Below, piece by piece: positions 63,850 to 64,000 of a DNA stretch of 64,000 nt. How positions within the stretch are numbered: position 1 is the stretch's first letter; every line of letters begins with the position of its first letter. A model generated the notes under the pieces. It was not told the DNA's origin and made no database searches. It saw only the letters and a program-made list of their open reading frames with translations. Location: the NCBI RefSeq assembly GCF_018977255.1, contig NW_024704749.1, positions 7,936,001-8,000,000 of the forward strand. Direction: 5' to 3'. The stretch is from Callorhinchus milii (Eukaryota). Position numbers and translations under genes: made by a program.

Positions 63850-64000
63850 AGTGAGCGTGGGGGGGAGAGAGAGCGCGGGGGGAGAGAGAGCGCGGGGGGG
63901 AGAGAGAGCGTGGGGGAGAGAGAGAGCGTGGGGGGGAGAGAGAGCGTGGGGGAGAGAGAGAGCGTGGGGGAGAGAGAGCGTGGGGGGGAGAGAGAGCGCG
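63850..64000 (+). repeat. G-rich minisatellite (GAGAGAGCG[T/C]GGGGG(G)n), runs off the window
   Basis: Visible units of about 18-20 nt, each with a run of 5-8 G. Confidence 0.9.

Overview
Vertebrate (eukaryotic) genomic DNA, most likely a cartilaginous fish and probably a holocephalan, judging from the tRNA-SINE, L2, CR1, Deu-SINE and Penelope-type repeats. Genes in order: the 3' 35 exons of KNTC1 (+); a tandem array of hydroxycarboxylic-acid-receptor (HCAR)-like GPCRs (+), with two intact single-exon genes and a third copy reduced to its C-terminal tail; DENR (-); CCDC62 (+); and exon 1 of HIP1R (+), just after a 332-nt N gap. This is the gene order of human 12q24.31, but HCAR and DENR are each flipped. 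Gene identities come from hand translation and remembered human sequences, not from a database search. Most interesting: (1) a young HCAR duplicate pair whose extracellular loops differ far more than the near-identical non-coding flanks, with atypical pocket and switch residues; (2) the third HCAR copy, destroyed by a deletion bridged by an L2 fragment; (3) a possible in-frame N-terminal extension and a GC-AG intron in DENR; (4) a decayed Penelope-type hammerhead ribozyme. No clearly new biological system can be established from the sequence alone.
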